NCBI RefSeq assembly: GCF_001194135.2
Contig: NC_068983.1
Location: 39,914,563 to 39,946,860 of the forward strand
Reading direction: 5' to 3'
DNA length: 32,298 nt
DNA from: Octopus bimaculoides
Taxonomy: Eukaryota
Made by a program: the position numbers and the translations under genes. Shown piece after piece: positions 31,997 to 32,298 of this stretch (its first letter is position 1; every line of letters begins with the position of its first letter). The notes beneath the pieces were generated by a model that saw nothing but the letters and a program-made list of their open reading frames with translations, had not been told where the DNA came from and ran no database searches.

Positions 31997-32110
31997 AGTA
32001 TGTATGTATGTATGTATGTATGTATGTATGTATGTATGTATGTATGTATGTATGCATGTATGTATGTAGATACATATATATATGTGTGTGTGTATAAATA
32101 AATATATGTA
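31997..32110. repeat. (TATG)n microsatellite
   Basis: Direct reading. Confidence 0.95.
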
Positions 32111-32111
32111 T

Positions 32112-32297
32112 ACTGCTCATCTCCTTTGTAAATTGGATGGATGGGTGTAGGTTGTTCAGGAGGGTGTTAAATTCTTCCACAATGCTTTGAGGTTTGGTCC
32201 AGATTATGAAGCAATCGTCCAGGTATGTCTTCCATGCTTTTTCTATAAACTTCCTAAATTCGGTGTTATATCTCTCCTCTATTTCCTGGTAGAGTTT
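32112..32297 (-). mobile_element. Penelope-like element reverse transcriptase fragment (extends beyond the window)
   Basis: Stop-free minus frame KLYQEIEERYNTEFRKFIEKAWKTYLDDCFIIWTKPQSIVEEFNTLLNNLHPSIQFTKEMSS. YLDD is at 32214-32225, and WxxYLDDCF..W...LNxLHPSIQFT is the PLE RT signature. Confidence 0.88.
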
Positions 32298-32298
32298 C

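Overview
AT-rich, repeat-saturated eukaryotic non-coding DNA from a gapped short-read scaffold (14 N-gaps, most flanked by microsatellites). The SINE repertoire and microsatellite load suggest an octopus/cephalopod genome (inference from recalled repeat sequences, no search run). No host protein-coding gene is supported: almost all supplied ORFs are translated microsatellites or N-runs. The window holds about 25 copies or fragments of at least five SINE-type repeat families that swap heads, cores and tails. It also holds a decayed ~2.2 kb R4/Dong-like non-LTR retrotransposon, two RTE-clade LINE 3' ends, a stop-free Penelope-type RT fragment at the right edge, a non-autonomous Helitron with both termini nested in a diverged tandem repeat, a Helentron/DINE-1-like element, a foldback MITE and a Tigger-like fragment. 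The most notable signals are a minimal type I hammerhead ribozyme fold in a Penelope-like terminal repeat (23867-23912), modular SINE mosaicism, a SINE family with a built-in microsatellite seed, and a 98-bp perfect AT palindrome. None of this amounts to a demonstrably new biological system from sequence alone.
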